Position numbers and translations under genes: made by a program. The notes beneath the pieces were generated by a model, which made no database searches, had not been told where the DNA came from, and saw only the letters and a list, made by a program, of their open reading frames with translations. Of a stretch of DNA of 64,000 bases, positions 28,401-40,862 are shown piece by piece. The first letter of the stretch is position 1; each line of letters opens with the position of its first letter. Source of the stretch: Ophelia neglecta (lineage: Eukaryota); contig OZ260662.1 in assembly GCA_965285935.1 (NCBI GenBank), forward strand, positions 67,952,001 through 68,016,000. Direction: 5' to 3'.

Positions 28401-31400
28401 TGTACACCCAATATGTTGTAACCGCGACATTCCTTTAGTGGAAAGAATTGGTTTTTGCTGACGCTTATCAAACGATAACCAGTTTTATGAAATGATTATT
28501 TATGGAGTTTTGTTCTTTAACTTAAAATCAGCAGACCGAAGTGCACATATATAGATAGTAGGTCCCAGGCCGAACAGACCGATATTCGGTTGGACCGAAA
28601 TCTTCAGATTTGTAACAAGTGTTTGCTGATTTTTAGAATCCACATAGGTTTGCTATCTGTAGTACGAATAACAACAGCACAATAACTTTCTCAATCTGCT
28701 TTTACGGCCTAAAGAGCTCTAAGTCGAAGGGCTGAATGAAATAGTCTGTTGATTAGGCCCTTAAAACTTCAAACTGATTGAACAAAAGTCGAAAGATTAA
28801 TTTTACTGAGTTCCCACGTTGGTGAAAGTATATATACAAAAGGTGTGCTTTAAAACAAGAACCGCAGCATAGAATATGTGTGCATAGGTTGAGTTGGCAC
28901 TTTTGATTAGATTGACTCTAAAATTTACAGCTGCTATGGCTGTCATAGAAAAAGTCTCACCTTTATACCTGAAGTAAAAGGGGAGGAAACACTACACACA
29001 GGATCAGTGTAAGTTAAAGAAATAAAAAAAGTGAAATAAAGAATAACAAGTGGTGATTATTTTCGTTCTTCGGCCCTATTCTGAAACAAGGGAACCAACT
29101 TGACAAAAATGAAACGGCTTATTTACAAATGCTACTTCACAGATTGCGGAAAATAAGAACGTTGTTGCACCAGATGCACCGGCCTTTTCTTATCCTGCGA
29201 AAAAAGTATTGTTTTATTTTCTAAATGTAGAAAGGGTGACAAGGAACGTTGTTAGTCATCCCAGTTATTATCATAGTTGAGTGTTAATGTTTGCAAATGA
29301 TTTATCTTAAGTGGGTGGCTGGGTTGACCGAGTGCACACACGTACGTCTGTGCTATACAGTCGATGATTGATTGTTGTGGTGACGACCAACAAACTCTTG
29401 GCTAACTACATGGCAGCATTTTCAGTCATTATATTTATTACGAAAATAAACATTGCAGTACTCAGCCCGCGGGTTTTTGTGTCTAACTGGATGAGAGGGT
29501 ACGGTCAAATTCCGCCTTACACAGGTCGTACCATCCCTAAATCATTAAGAAGTTTTTGGTTACGCATCGACGCAAGAGACGAAACGGTAGAATGACCATG
29601 ACATTTCAACTTAGCAACTCATTACAGATACTGCAATTCCGCACTCCGGGGGAGGGGGGGGGGGGGTTCCTACGGTGAATGTAGACCTCAGATGTCCCTT
29701 ATGAATAAAGAGGCTGGTTTGTTGGCATAAGCTGCAACCCCTAAGGCCATATACCACATATTCTGATTTGGTCCATAAAACTGAGCCATATCGAACCATG
29801 TAGGATGATATTTTTCTTCTTTTATTAACAAGTTAATTCCTATTCCCTTTCTATTCTAGATTCAGTGATGCCTAGAGCATCATTGACTTCTAGTTACAAC
29901 TCTCATTTCAGTTTGCATGACCGATTCCGTATTTTGAGGGATCTTGTAAGTCCATGTAACAGCATCCGCAGAACAATGTAATAGCGGTAGTGCCCGTCGA
30001 TAAGGCATCTGCATCCACTTCCTGCGCCGATTGGGAAAAGCCTTTCATTTTGCCCAGAGCATGTGTGTTTATTCAAGAAGTTCAGTTGTTGGCAGTTGAC
30101 AATCAAAATTTGGCCCATTACTTAGGCCCAGTATGTGAGGCATGTTATTCTTCTTAGATAGCTCTACACAAAATGTGGCACTGACAGTTGTAAAAACAAA
30201 TGTATTTTTGCCTACAAAAACAGGAAACTTCCTTACGTTGGTTCGCCAATGATTGATCACGCCAGCTATATGGATAACGGGGGGTACGGGTACGCTAGGA
30301 ATATGCCATTGCATCTACTGGCTGCTCAACACGTAGTTGGTTTCATCAACTGGTAGCAGGTATAGCGAGGTATTGGGAGTAAACACTAACTGATAAAAGA
30401 AAATCTGATAATTTCTTTACCCCAGCAATCAAATTATGCTATCTACTTGGCACCACTTCTGCTGCCGGCGCACCCGGTATCATCGTGGGGGAGACAAATT
30501 GGTTGGACCACATAGCGACTCGATTATGGTCAACAGCAGTGGCTACAAGAAAAATCTTGACATACAGATTGATTACGATTGGCTTAACATGTGATTAAAA
30601 TTTTGATAAAAGTCAATGATTGAACACTACCGGTGATAATATACATGGTAAGGAGGTCTATAATTGTAGTAGGCTACTTATCCCCAGATGCACGCGGTCA
30701 GTCGAAGTTTGGCAAAGGTAGCTTCGATGATGAACGGTAAATCAATGGTGCCTCCTACATTCCTTGAAACTAACATTGTGACCTGTAACACATTAGTAAC
30801 GGTAGTAAGTACATGTAATAGAAGCAGACGTCTTACTTCGGTCAACAAGTGATAACAAGATGTCGAGTATGTGTATTCTATGTCCACGGATGAGAAGAAA
30901 ACCAAATTTTTGAGCATAAATCAGTCAGCACTTCATTTACAACTGTGAAGAGAGGGCAATATTCATATTGTGAAACTGTTGCAACCATACCATGCTTGAA
31001 AAGCGTGGCGAAGACCATTTTATCGTTTTTCAGAAATGGCTACCTCAAACATACCCTGCTCATACTGCCTGGTGTTTTTTTCCATTGCTGTATTAGCCAG
31101 AAATGAGGATTATGAAACAGACCATTGTTTATTGTTTAATGTATTCATTATCATATCATACGACATTATATAATACAGTTACTTCTCGTCACGCTGAAAT
31201 CATTCTCAGAATTTCTTTTTATCATAAGTATAAAGGCCTTAGATAGCACATCTGCCCCGTACCCGTTATTCTTTCTGTGACCTACTGTTATTATGAAAGG
31301 CAAGTCTCCACATTCGTCTCATTATAGTAAGGGGTTGAGTTTGAATCTGTCAAAGAGAATTGAGAATTCTTATGTATTTCTAATATAATTGTATTACACG

Positions 31401-34258
31401 TAAACATTATATTTTATTCTCAGAAATGGACGGACGAGTACATGAGGTGGGACCCGGAGCAGTATGGAGGGGTGAAATCTGTAAAACTACCAACACGCGA
31501 GATTTGGATGCCGGACATTATGCTGTATAACACGTGAGTTATTTTAATTCATAATTATGTCGATTTCAGAACCTTTCCGTGCTTTTTTAAACCATAGTTT
31601 GGAACCTATCATATGAAAGTATGCATATATATAAGTGTATAAATATATAGTGATTTTTTTACTCGACAGTGCAAGTACAGAGAAATTCGAGAGAGAGGTT
31701 CTAGCAGTGGTCCAATCAGACGGCGTAGTCTCGTGGTATCCTCATCGGATATTTCACAGTGCTTGCTCCATTGACGTTAAAAAGTTCCCATTTGACAACC
31801 AGACATGCCATATTTGGTTTGGTTCATGGACCCATCCCATTGAGGAGGTGACTTGTACTTTGCGAATATATAATATAAAAGTTTTTTAAGTGTCGGCCAT
31901 TTGTTAATCGCTTCATTATGAAACATTACATTCTAGTTACACTCAGATTGAACCATATCATGCTCGTGTACACTTTCTATTTGGGAGCCCCACCCCCAAC
32001 CCTGCTTTTTTGATAATATTATAATGTTAATTATATCATTGCCAATAATCGAATATTGACGAGCTGAACTTCTCGCAGGTGGACTTAGAGTTGGCGTTTC
32101 CCCAGGGTATTGACCTGAGTACTTTCCAGGCTGATTTCAAAGAGACCAGCAAATGGGACATCCTTAGATGTGACGCTATAAAGATAGGGGACGAACAGCC
32201 AGGCGGGTTCGCAGTGCTCGCATTCACGCTCCACCTTAAAAGACGGATGATATTTTCAGGCTATATATTGACATTCCCCGTGGTCTTCCTCAGCTTTCTG
32301 ACGTTACTCGTATTCTGGCTACCGGCGGAAAGCGCAGACAAAAGTAGTTTGGGTAAGTTGGGATTCCCTTGATAGACATTTCAATATTAAGATTAAGACA
32401 CAAATTATTATTACACCAAAATACCAACTGACTAGTCAGAACAGTTCCCATTAATTCTAATACTAGTATCTAGGTCATCACACAATACTACTGTGGTGGG
32501 GTGATGCCCTAACTGGCCATGATGTCCAAATTAAGCTTAGAGGAGATTACTTTGCACTAAGCTATTGCAGATCACTGACTCCTGGATCCTTTTGTGTCCT
32601 TATTCGATCGTTATTCTTTGTCCTTGTGACAGGCATGACAATATTTGGGAGCCTGCTATTATTGCTGTTGATTCTCGTGGAGGCGGCTCCCCCCACGGCT
32701 GCTGCAGTCCCTCTCCTCGGTAAGTGTTGTCACGACTTAGGTGCAAAAACACCAGAATCCCATTAAAGTAAAGCAGTGGTGGTAAAAAAAATAATTGACA
32801 CTTTGAAAGATTGCCGAAAACTTACAAAGTATCTCTAAGTTTGAAAGTAGACCTAAAAAGAGCACAATGAACCAAAGAACAGATGGATGTACTTGAGAAT
32901 ATCTTTCATAGTGTTTATTTCATATCTGTGAACCTTAATTCCCGCAAACTATAAGCTGAAAACTATTTTTCGTAACACACATAATCATATTGTCAACAAT
33001 TGATTTTAACATATTTATTTTCAATATTTTGGATTTTACAGAAGCTTAGCTTAAAAAATTGTAATCTCCAAAAGGTCATAATATACAAAAATATACACAG
33101 AGCGCATGTTGTGAAGGTAAATGGGTGAGATGGTAGTGAGACGATTGGTTTAAACATATTGTGAACAATTAAGTTAAGATCAAATGGTATGCTCATTATA
33201 GAAGATAGAAAAGATTTAATAGTTAATAGATAAAAAAGAACGGACACTCTAAATAAATAAATTGCTTGAAAGATAAATAACTGAAGCAAATTTACATTGT
33301 GTCAAATTACTGTAGTTTTTAATTGAGTGAAATTTCTGGTAGAATGGTAAAAAATGTAAGGAGTAGGAGAGGTGGACAATATACTTAACTTTTTATGACA
33401 TATCCAGACTATCAAACCTATTGGACCTTTTCAATGAGTTATGCCAGTCAGCCGCATGTCTTTTGAAAAAAAAAAAAGACATCTGCTGCTGATATTGAAA
33501 GGACACTGCCACATACGACTTTAAGGGATGTGTGCTTTCCATTCTACTAAACGGAGGTTACAGTTATTTAATTTACCTCATTGTTCGATTTACAGGCCTG
33601 TATTATTGCTTCAATATTGTCATCGTGATGTTATCTATATTCCTGTCAACAATCGTGGCTAAGCTCGGTGATCAGAAGGGAAGTCGGAAACCAGCACCGA
33701 AGTGGCTGAAAGTGGTATGAAATCATTTGCACTAAACTCGTTCTGTTCTATGTTTCACTGTTACATTATCGGGACCTACAGGCCACTTCTATAATGATCT
33801 TATTCCCTCGTTTCCTGTTTCAGGTTATCATAGACGGTATCGCTACCCTCATGTGTTTAAAAAAGCCGACACATATGCGGAAAAAGAAATCCGAAGAAAG
33901 AGGCGAAGGGGATGAATCTGTCTCCCTGGAGGACACCAAAGACACGCAAAGCAACAATGGCCTTGCTCCCGATGTGAATACGACGTTCCGAGACGAGATG
34001 TGCCAGGCCATTTACACACTACAGGCCATTTGCGATCATAAGGGATCAAGTTTTCAACATAGCAACCAACAGATGCGACGAGTGGTTAAATCCATGCAGG
34101 CTTATCTGATCGATAAATGCGATGATGAGATGAAGGCAGCGCATACCAAGGTCACTAACGAAGAATGGAAATTCATTGCACTTGTACTGGACAAAATATT
34201 TCTTATTCTGTATATTATTATCATAATTGTGTCAATAGTGTTTCTGTTTCCGAGATAA
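19471..34258 (+). CDS. Gene A: Cys-loop ligand-gated ion channel subunit, nicotinic acetylcholine receptor-like, non-alpha type, 8 coding exons, 514 aa
   Basis: Exons join(19471..19622,22059..22248,31424..31533,31670..31847,32079..32352,32633..32719,33596..33714,33824..34258) = 1545 nt. All introns are GT-AG with phases 2,0,2,0,1,1,0 and there is no internal stop. Motifs: signal-peptide-like start MNSCILITVTWHILFYFGTFTLFLF; EEKRLVKHLL..GRPVRN; WTDEYMRWDPEQYGG..IWMPDIMLYN; Cys-loop CSIDVKKFPFDNQTC; FGSWTH; M1 YILTFPVVFLSFLTLLVFWLP; M2 DKSSLGMTIFGSLLLLLLILVE; M3 LYYCFNIVIVMLSIFLSTIV; MA/M4 EEWKFIALVLDKIFLILYIIIIIVSIVFLFPR. Exon 1 is the least certain (supported by phase match and hydrophobic start). 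Confidence 0.93.
23410..23830 (+). mobile_element. Decayed LINE fragment (N-terminal part of the RT domain) in intron 2 of gene A
   Basis: KASGLDGLPPRLFK at ~23417 and DWKLAKVKAIFQSGDFTLVNNYRPVSVLP at 23620-23706, followed by a degenerate SGFRP. These are typical LINE ORF2 motifs, here interrupted. Confidence 0.82.
25080..26465 (+). mobile_element. 5'-truncated decayed LINE (RT C-terminus plus Cys/His-rich tail) in intron 2 of gene A
   Basis: ILADTPEGLQAGLNTLETYCETWKLKLSTEKTKVVVFRK; FDKLVIPVLNYSSELWG; VERVHLKFCKSILNLKDSTKNEMVYGELNRFPL; ERKCSVWDKLDDEYHFVLEC. It has several frameshifts and AATAAA at ~26454. Clade not assigned. Confidence 0.9.
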
Positions 34259-37200
34259 AGACAAGTGAAGGTTTGTTTTCAATTAATACCCTCTTTACAA
34301 GTGGAAAGTTGGTAATAGTAGTTGAATGATGTATACATCCTAGCCATTTTTAGGGGTAGCTAACCTATTAAGAGCTTGATGATCATGCAAAACATTCAAG
34401 CGTTTAAGCCAATATTAACCATAAGAATGATACATTGTGGTTCTAAGCCATACACCATAAGAAGGATACTTTGTGGTTCGAAACTCAACAATATCACTAG
34501 TTTCAAGAAGATGTGCAGCTTAACGAGAGGTTTTTTTAACTTTAAGTTGTCAATCACATTGTTGGACGCGTCACACTGGTCCCAGGAGTTACTGTACGTC
34601 TAATTCTACGTGTATTATTTTATCACTTGCATTTAGTAATTAACAATAGACGATCGTGAACAAATGTGTTTACTTGGTTCTTAGCCGTAAAATGTGCATA
34701 ATATTACAATTCCGTGCATAAATACTTACAAAGGAACGAAGTTCGTGTGACCCATTTCGTATGTCTGGGTGTCTGCCTGTTGGTATTCTGATTGGCTGTC
34801 AAATTCGTCGACCGATTTCGTTAAAACTTGGCAGAACAATCTATAGATCTCTATACAGACAACGTTCGCTTCGATTTTAGATGACGTAATTGGATCAAAC
34901 GAGATTAAGAGCGTAATGACCGTGGCACTTATTCACCGATCTACAAAATGGACGCCTGTGTGCATTGTGATTATTATGTACTAGTGATATTGATTTGGCT
35001 GACCGAGAGCCAATTTCAATGTTACAGCGTTCTTGTGAAAAGTTCTGCCAATTCAAAGCCATGGGTCGGAGTTTCATGTGTTCACTTACATGTGACTACT
35101 TCCTGTTATATTTTGTTTGGACATACAAGCAAACAAATATGATGCTTGTTATTACAAATGTGATTTAATGGGTTATTTTCTTATGGGGGGCATTCTTTGT
35201 TGATGGGTGAAGATGCTGGGATGCGGTAGCAAGTACTGTCATTTTTGACAAGTTTTTGACATGCCATACAGATTAGTAACTAATGGAAAGTCTAGACCTC
35301 GCTGAAGTCCAGTACCGCGATTATAACACCTCACGTGGGATCGTAAGGCAGTTTGACAGGTTTCTAAGAACACCATCGACTTGGGAATTTCAAGTTAATT
35401 AGCGAGGGCTCGAAATGGCCAGATAAAGGTGTGTTTAATATGTATTCCTTCCGACGCGTCCAGGCAACCTCCAGGGATAACATAGTGGATGGATTCTTTA
35501 TAAATTGTGTATAATCCCAGTTAAATGCTTGGTGATGGAAAATCCCTAAAAAATACATATTATGATGCGGAGGTAATTGAAAATTCTTCTAGTTAATTCC
35601 CAAATCTTTATTTACACTGTGTTTCTTCCATAAATATAAAATATTGAAAAAGATCTAAGGGGAAATGTTAGGATTCAGCTAAAGACTGCCGTCTGCTTTG
35701 CTCATTATTGTTCTGGCTACTAGCGTTAGCTTCTACATGCTTGCACTTCCGGTTTTTAACTAACTGTTAATTCGAGGAATGATCGTGCTCTTGACTCCCA
35801 ACAATATTTACCTCTATTTACCTCTATTAACAGGTCTAGAGATGTGTCTGTATTGTGTAAACAAGGCCTATGTTTGTATCTGTAATTACGGTGTCAGAAT
35901 CAGGCCGCAACTGAGTTCCGCAGACGGACACCTCTCAATCTCGATATAACCGAAGAGGACACCTGAAGCATTCCTTGGAGGTCATTTCCAAAGTATGAAG
36001 TATAGGTTTATTAGAGTTGTCATACGTACAACACAACGGTATGTTAATTAAACCTAAATCTCTCCAGATTCCCTGTTCCGCTGCAGGAGGGCAGGTTAAA
36101 GCCTAAGGTGGTCGTCTGGCAGACGGAGATATGAGGTTTACCACCTGGGACATTAAGCGATAATTATCGTCTGCGGACTGCATATCAAATGGCGTCAGCC
36201 CACTTGTCAAAAATCGCACTCCCCTTTCGGTGGCTTTATCTATGACGCACTACCGGAAACGGAACAACAAACACTGTCAGCAGCACTAGATAACTGGCGG
36301 GGGGGGGGGGTTCATTTAATAAATTATGTATTAAATTAAATTGATTTTAAACATTCAAAACAAGCAAACACAATTTGACGTTTTAAGACGAATCTAGGTG
36401 GTGCTTGTCCCGTGTTGATTCGTATGAGTCCACTCCAAGATAAATCATACGACCTTGTTAAATGTAGACTCCTGTGTTCTGATGTTGTTAACATGTGCCT
36501 AATGAACATAAAGTCATTCGGCATTAATCAAAATCTACGATAGTTTACGAGATGACGCTCCAACATTATGAAAATGAATGCAAAGAACAACATACTGCCA
36601 ATGTTTTTTTTCGACAATTTGATTAACGTTACTTCATTGAAGTAATTTAATGAAGGTTATTTTACATACGGACCTTTATGACTAGTACATACAGTGGAGC
36701 TCCAGTGGCACGGCTTTATGCCTAAAGCGCCCGGTTCATTAATTACTCCAAAGTCCTTTGGTACTGTGACAGGTGTGTAATAGTGCGTTGATATTAGGGT
36801 TTGCCGTGGCACAATCATAGCACATGTTGCCAGGATCTTCTTCGTATTATAAACTTAAAAAAAGGATCAATCATTAATGCATCCCTTCAATAGTTAATGC
36901 ATTACGAATTACCGACAATTTTTACTTCTTAAATATATACCTTAGCCTTACAGTTAATGCATCATTATGAGTTGTTCTTGTTAGTTTGTCGACAAAATCC
37001 GGAGGCTGTATTAATTGTAAACTTTATAAATGTCAAATCCGGCTATCAAAATCAGTCTTTATATAATAATATGGAGTGAAAAGCCTTGCCCGTTACCGTT
37101 TTCAAGAGCACCGATCAAAAACAACTCTATATAGCATGCGCCATCCTCTAATGGATGCATGAACCACAGTTAATGCACAGTCACCGGCCTAAATTCTAAT

Positions 37201-37489
37201 AATCTACCCGGTTTTATCTATAGTAGTACTCATCGTTTTGATAAATTTATAGAAATTCAGGCTTGGCGACCTAAATGTATAGTTAACATAATTATATCTC
37301 TGACATTTGGAAGATTTGGGTTGTCATAAGCCAACTGCTGCAATCATTTTGTGAAATATTAATATGTTTAAACTATTACATAGGTCTTTCGTAATTGTAT
37401 GTTATCGACATATTAAGTCGGAGATATTCATCAATCAGTCAGGCAGTCGTAGCCCATTGATTGTATGCAAATTCAATGTAATGATATCA

Positions 37490-38224
37490 TACACAAAAGT
37501 ACTGCTTTCCCGCTGTACACGGCGCCCGGCACAGACTACTACAGGAAAAGAGTTTCGGAAATTCCTGCCAATCACAGTGCTGGTAACTTAACAGTTTTGA
37601 CAAGTTATGCAAAGACTGTAGACGTTTTTGCATTGAAATATAAGTTTTTGCAAATTGACCTTGAAAAAAGAGGTGTCTAGGTTGCACCATTCAGCCGTAG
37701 GGAGACATTGAAATTGTATGATAGAAATGCAAATGGCAGCCATCTTGTTTTCCAGATTTTGCTGAATTTCAATCCCAAGCAACTTCTTCTTGCCCTGAAG
37801 ATGCACAAAAAATGTTATGATGATACCTTCAATATTTTTCGAGTTATTGATCGGACGTTCTTTTTCAATTGAAATATAGGTTTTTGCAATTTGACCTTGA
37901 AAAAAGAGGTCAAGGTCAAATTTGACATCACCAGTAGATTCATTGTTGCACCATTCAGCCGTGGGGAGACATTGAAATTATATGATAGAAATGCATATGG
38001 CGGCCATCTTGTTGTCCAGATTTTGCTGAATTTCAATCTCAAGCAACTTCTTGTTGTCCTGAAGATGCACAAAAAGTTTTATGATGATATCTTTAATATT
38101 TTTTGTCGAGTTATTGATCGGACGTCGTTTTGTGATCACGGCTCACGGCGCACGGCTCACGGCGCACGCTTCACGGGAATTTTGACAAAAATAAAATGTC
38201 CCCCCTCCCTCCGGGGGACATAAT
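37490..38224 (-). mobile_element. Second HINE/DINE-like element with two ~240-bp tandem units
   Basis: Terminal hairpin TGTCCCC-cctccctcc-GGGGACA (~38197-38220), a 7-mer microsatellite (CACGGCT/CACGGCG) at ~38137-38177, and two near-identical units starting TTGAAATATA.GTTTTTGCAA.TTGACCTTGAAAAAAGAGGT at ~37633 and ~37869. The left boundary is uncertain. Confidence 0.7.
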
Positions 38225-38496
38225 CAGCTAATATCTCAGAACTAATATTGAAAAAATCAGGCATCAACACTTGGATACAGTGTGCCAGTATTATGTGTGT
38301 AAAAAAAATAGCTAGGAAACTCACATACACTTTGCAATTACATTTCAATTCCAAATAGTTTCCTAGCCAGTAAATTACATTTCAATTTTGAAAGTTTTCA
38401 ATAGTTTACGTTTGGCTGGATTTGGGAGCTTTTTGGTCCCATAAACAGAGTAAAAAGTTTTTCCATCGCAAAATATATTATATATTTCATTATTTA

Positions 38497-38585
38497 CATT
38501 GTGAATCATTAAAACAGTTAAGCATAGTTACTAATACATCCATTGTGAATCATTAAAACAGTTAGGTATAGTTACTAATACAGCC
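38497..38585. repeat. 44-bp tandem duplication
   Basis: CATTGTGAATCATTAAAACAGTTA.G.ATAGTTACTAATACA at 38497 and 38541. Confidence 0.9.
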
Positions 38586-38957
38586 ATTATACTTAAGCAT
38601 TTTTATAACTGTAAGTGGGCCATTTAGTTATTAAATCATTTTAGACAATTCTTTTAAGCATACCCGTTCAAATTGCTGGACAAGTTAAAGCGTTCTGGAG
38701 TAAGTTACTTATGGAACACTTTAGCAGAAGGTGAATTTCGCAAAATATTAGTAAGGCATTTGTCAACTTAAATGCTATCATCAATACAATAGCCTTCTTA
38801 ACTGACCACGATCATATACGTTATATTATTATTGTATTTGCAACAGTCAGAATAGAGCTTAATCAATTTCCTCTATTCTGGCCTCTTTTCTCCATTTCCT
38901 GCTAAGAACGAAATCGATTTAGTAAACAGAATAGACAGATAAAATCAATTTAAGTAA

Positions 38958-39247
38958 GGGACGGACCATTAGATATCTAGGGGGGGGGCAGAGAACTTGG
39001 CTCTAGTTAGGAAATTTTTTTCATGAATAAAGTTGACAGAAAAAAATTTTTCACCACAGAATCCGCCAGATTATTTTTTTCCTCTATATAATATATTTTT
39101 TTACTTAAAAATAATAGGCAGATTTTTTTTTTTTTATGTATTTTTCTGGCAGATTATTTAATTTTGAGAAAATCAAAGCCAGAAAATTTATTTTCATTTT
39201 TTTCTGCCCCCCCCCCCCCCCCCCCTAGATATCTAATGGTCCGTCCC
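38958..39247. mobile_element. MITE, PIF/Harbinger (Tourist-like)
   Basis: Perfect terminal inverted repeat GGGACGGACCATTAGATATCTAG(G)n ... (C)nCTAGATATCTAATGGTCCGTCCC, flanked by TAA on both sides (38955-38957 and 39248-39250). Confidence 0.9.
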
Positions 39248-39970
39248 TAAGTAGGTCAGCCAGACAAGTTTAGGATTAACCAAAAGGTACATTTGATTTG
39301 GCCAACATTAGGCAGTTTGCCTGGTCGTCTCTAAGCAGATGCCTTAAATAGTTATCTGATAGTGACAGGGGGCATTATTGGGTAACACTTCTCTTAATAC
39401 ACAGATAATAGATGCTCGGGGTCAGACAAACGGTCAAGATAGGAGACTACCTAGCCGTGACCTGACGGAAGTGGTTGCAGAGAAGTTACAATACAACAAA
39501 AGCTACTGAACGGGTCAAGAAACTTAAAATGGCACAGCGCAGATTTGACTGGCGTGAAAAGCCATTCGCAGTCTGAAGAGTATATGCATATGCTTTCTCG
39601 GACGAGCTCCAAATGGAGCGACGCTCAGTCCTGATTTACTCAGGCTGCAAGAGCGAAACGATTTGGATCAAATGGTCAGCTACACAGGACAAGGAAATAT
39701 CGTCCAACACGTCGCCGACAGTCACCTCCAAGCAATCGCACGTGCGAAAGATTTTCGACGGGTGTAAGGAAGGTAATTTGACCTTTTTTTCTTATTGTAG
39801 AGATATTTCATATTGGAATAATGTGCGTTGATAGAATTAACTATTTGATTATTCAAATAGCATAATCAAGCCTGCATATTCCAATGCTATGATGGATGCC
39901 CGGGATTTTCATTCACAGTCACTGCCTTATCGGGACTGTTGACGTGCGGGTGTCCCTTGGGCTCAATAAG

Positions 39971-40090
39971 CATATAGGCCTATATATAGGTCTATATATA
40001 GGCCTTCATATAGGCCTATATATAGGCCTATATATAGGTCTATATATAGGCCTTCTTATAGCCCTATATATAGGCCTATATATAGGCCTT
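39971..40090. repeat. Palindromic 12-bp minisatellite (TATAGGCCTATA)n, ~10 units
   Basis: Directly visible tandem array with a few variant units. It produces the spurious IGLY repeat in ORF 39896..40120. Confidence 0.95.
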
Positions 40091-40689
40091 TCTCAGTATC
40101 TGCAGCTAAGTAAGGTATAAACTTATGTAGTTGTAAACATTTGTTCATATTTAGTTGTATGTTTACTAATGTAGGAGATGCCTGTCTTATAATCAAACTA
40201 ATGTAGGCCTATAGAATGGAGCGGAAAAAAGTCGAAATTTTTTTTTCGTCTTAATGTTATGAAAGCTTGTAAACCGCTTTCAATATCGATCAAATGGTCT
40301 ATGAAATACCGTGAGTCTACAATACTTCGGTCAAAATTGACTTGGCGGGTTGCGAGAACACCCAATATAATGGCTTTGTTGACCTTTTTTATTGAACGAC
40401 CACGCATCATGGCTTATACTTCTTAATCGATATTTAAAAGGTCGGCAATACTGGCTACTACCTCGCCTAGAATTCTGAAAAGAATCAGTGCATAGGCTTA
40501 TATATATATACATATTTAAAGAAACGTACACATTACTGGCATCAGAGGGAAAATTATTTCTAAGAGTAACGACCTTAATTACATTACCAAAAGCGCGCGC
40601 GCGCAACCGAGAGAATACTTGTGATATACATACATGAAGAATGAATGTGTTACAATGTGCCCCCCCCCCCCACCCGCCCTATATATATA

Positions 40690-40862
40690 TACAGTGCATA
40701 CTGTGAATTTAGACCACCAAAGGGACTGGAAAATACTGGTCTGATTTCAGAGTTGGTCTGTTCAACATTGAAAGTATATATATCACGGTCCACACATATT
40801 GGTGGTCCGAATTGACAGGTGGTTTGATTGTAGAGGTGGTCTTTCAGCCAGGTTTCAATGTA
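40690..40862 (+). mobile_element. Tigger-like MITE family, copy 2
   Basis: TACAGTG...CAGGTTTCAATGTA, with internal GACCACCAAAGGGACTGGAAAATACTGGTCTG shared with the other copies. Confidence 0.82.

Noticed and set aside
37364-38354. Cluster of overlapping 65-110 aa ORFs
   Set aside because: They lie in the tandem units of a non-autonomous repeat and have no protein motifs.
39896-40120. Protein with IGLY repeats
   Set aside because: It is just the translation of the palindromic 12-bp minisatellite.
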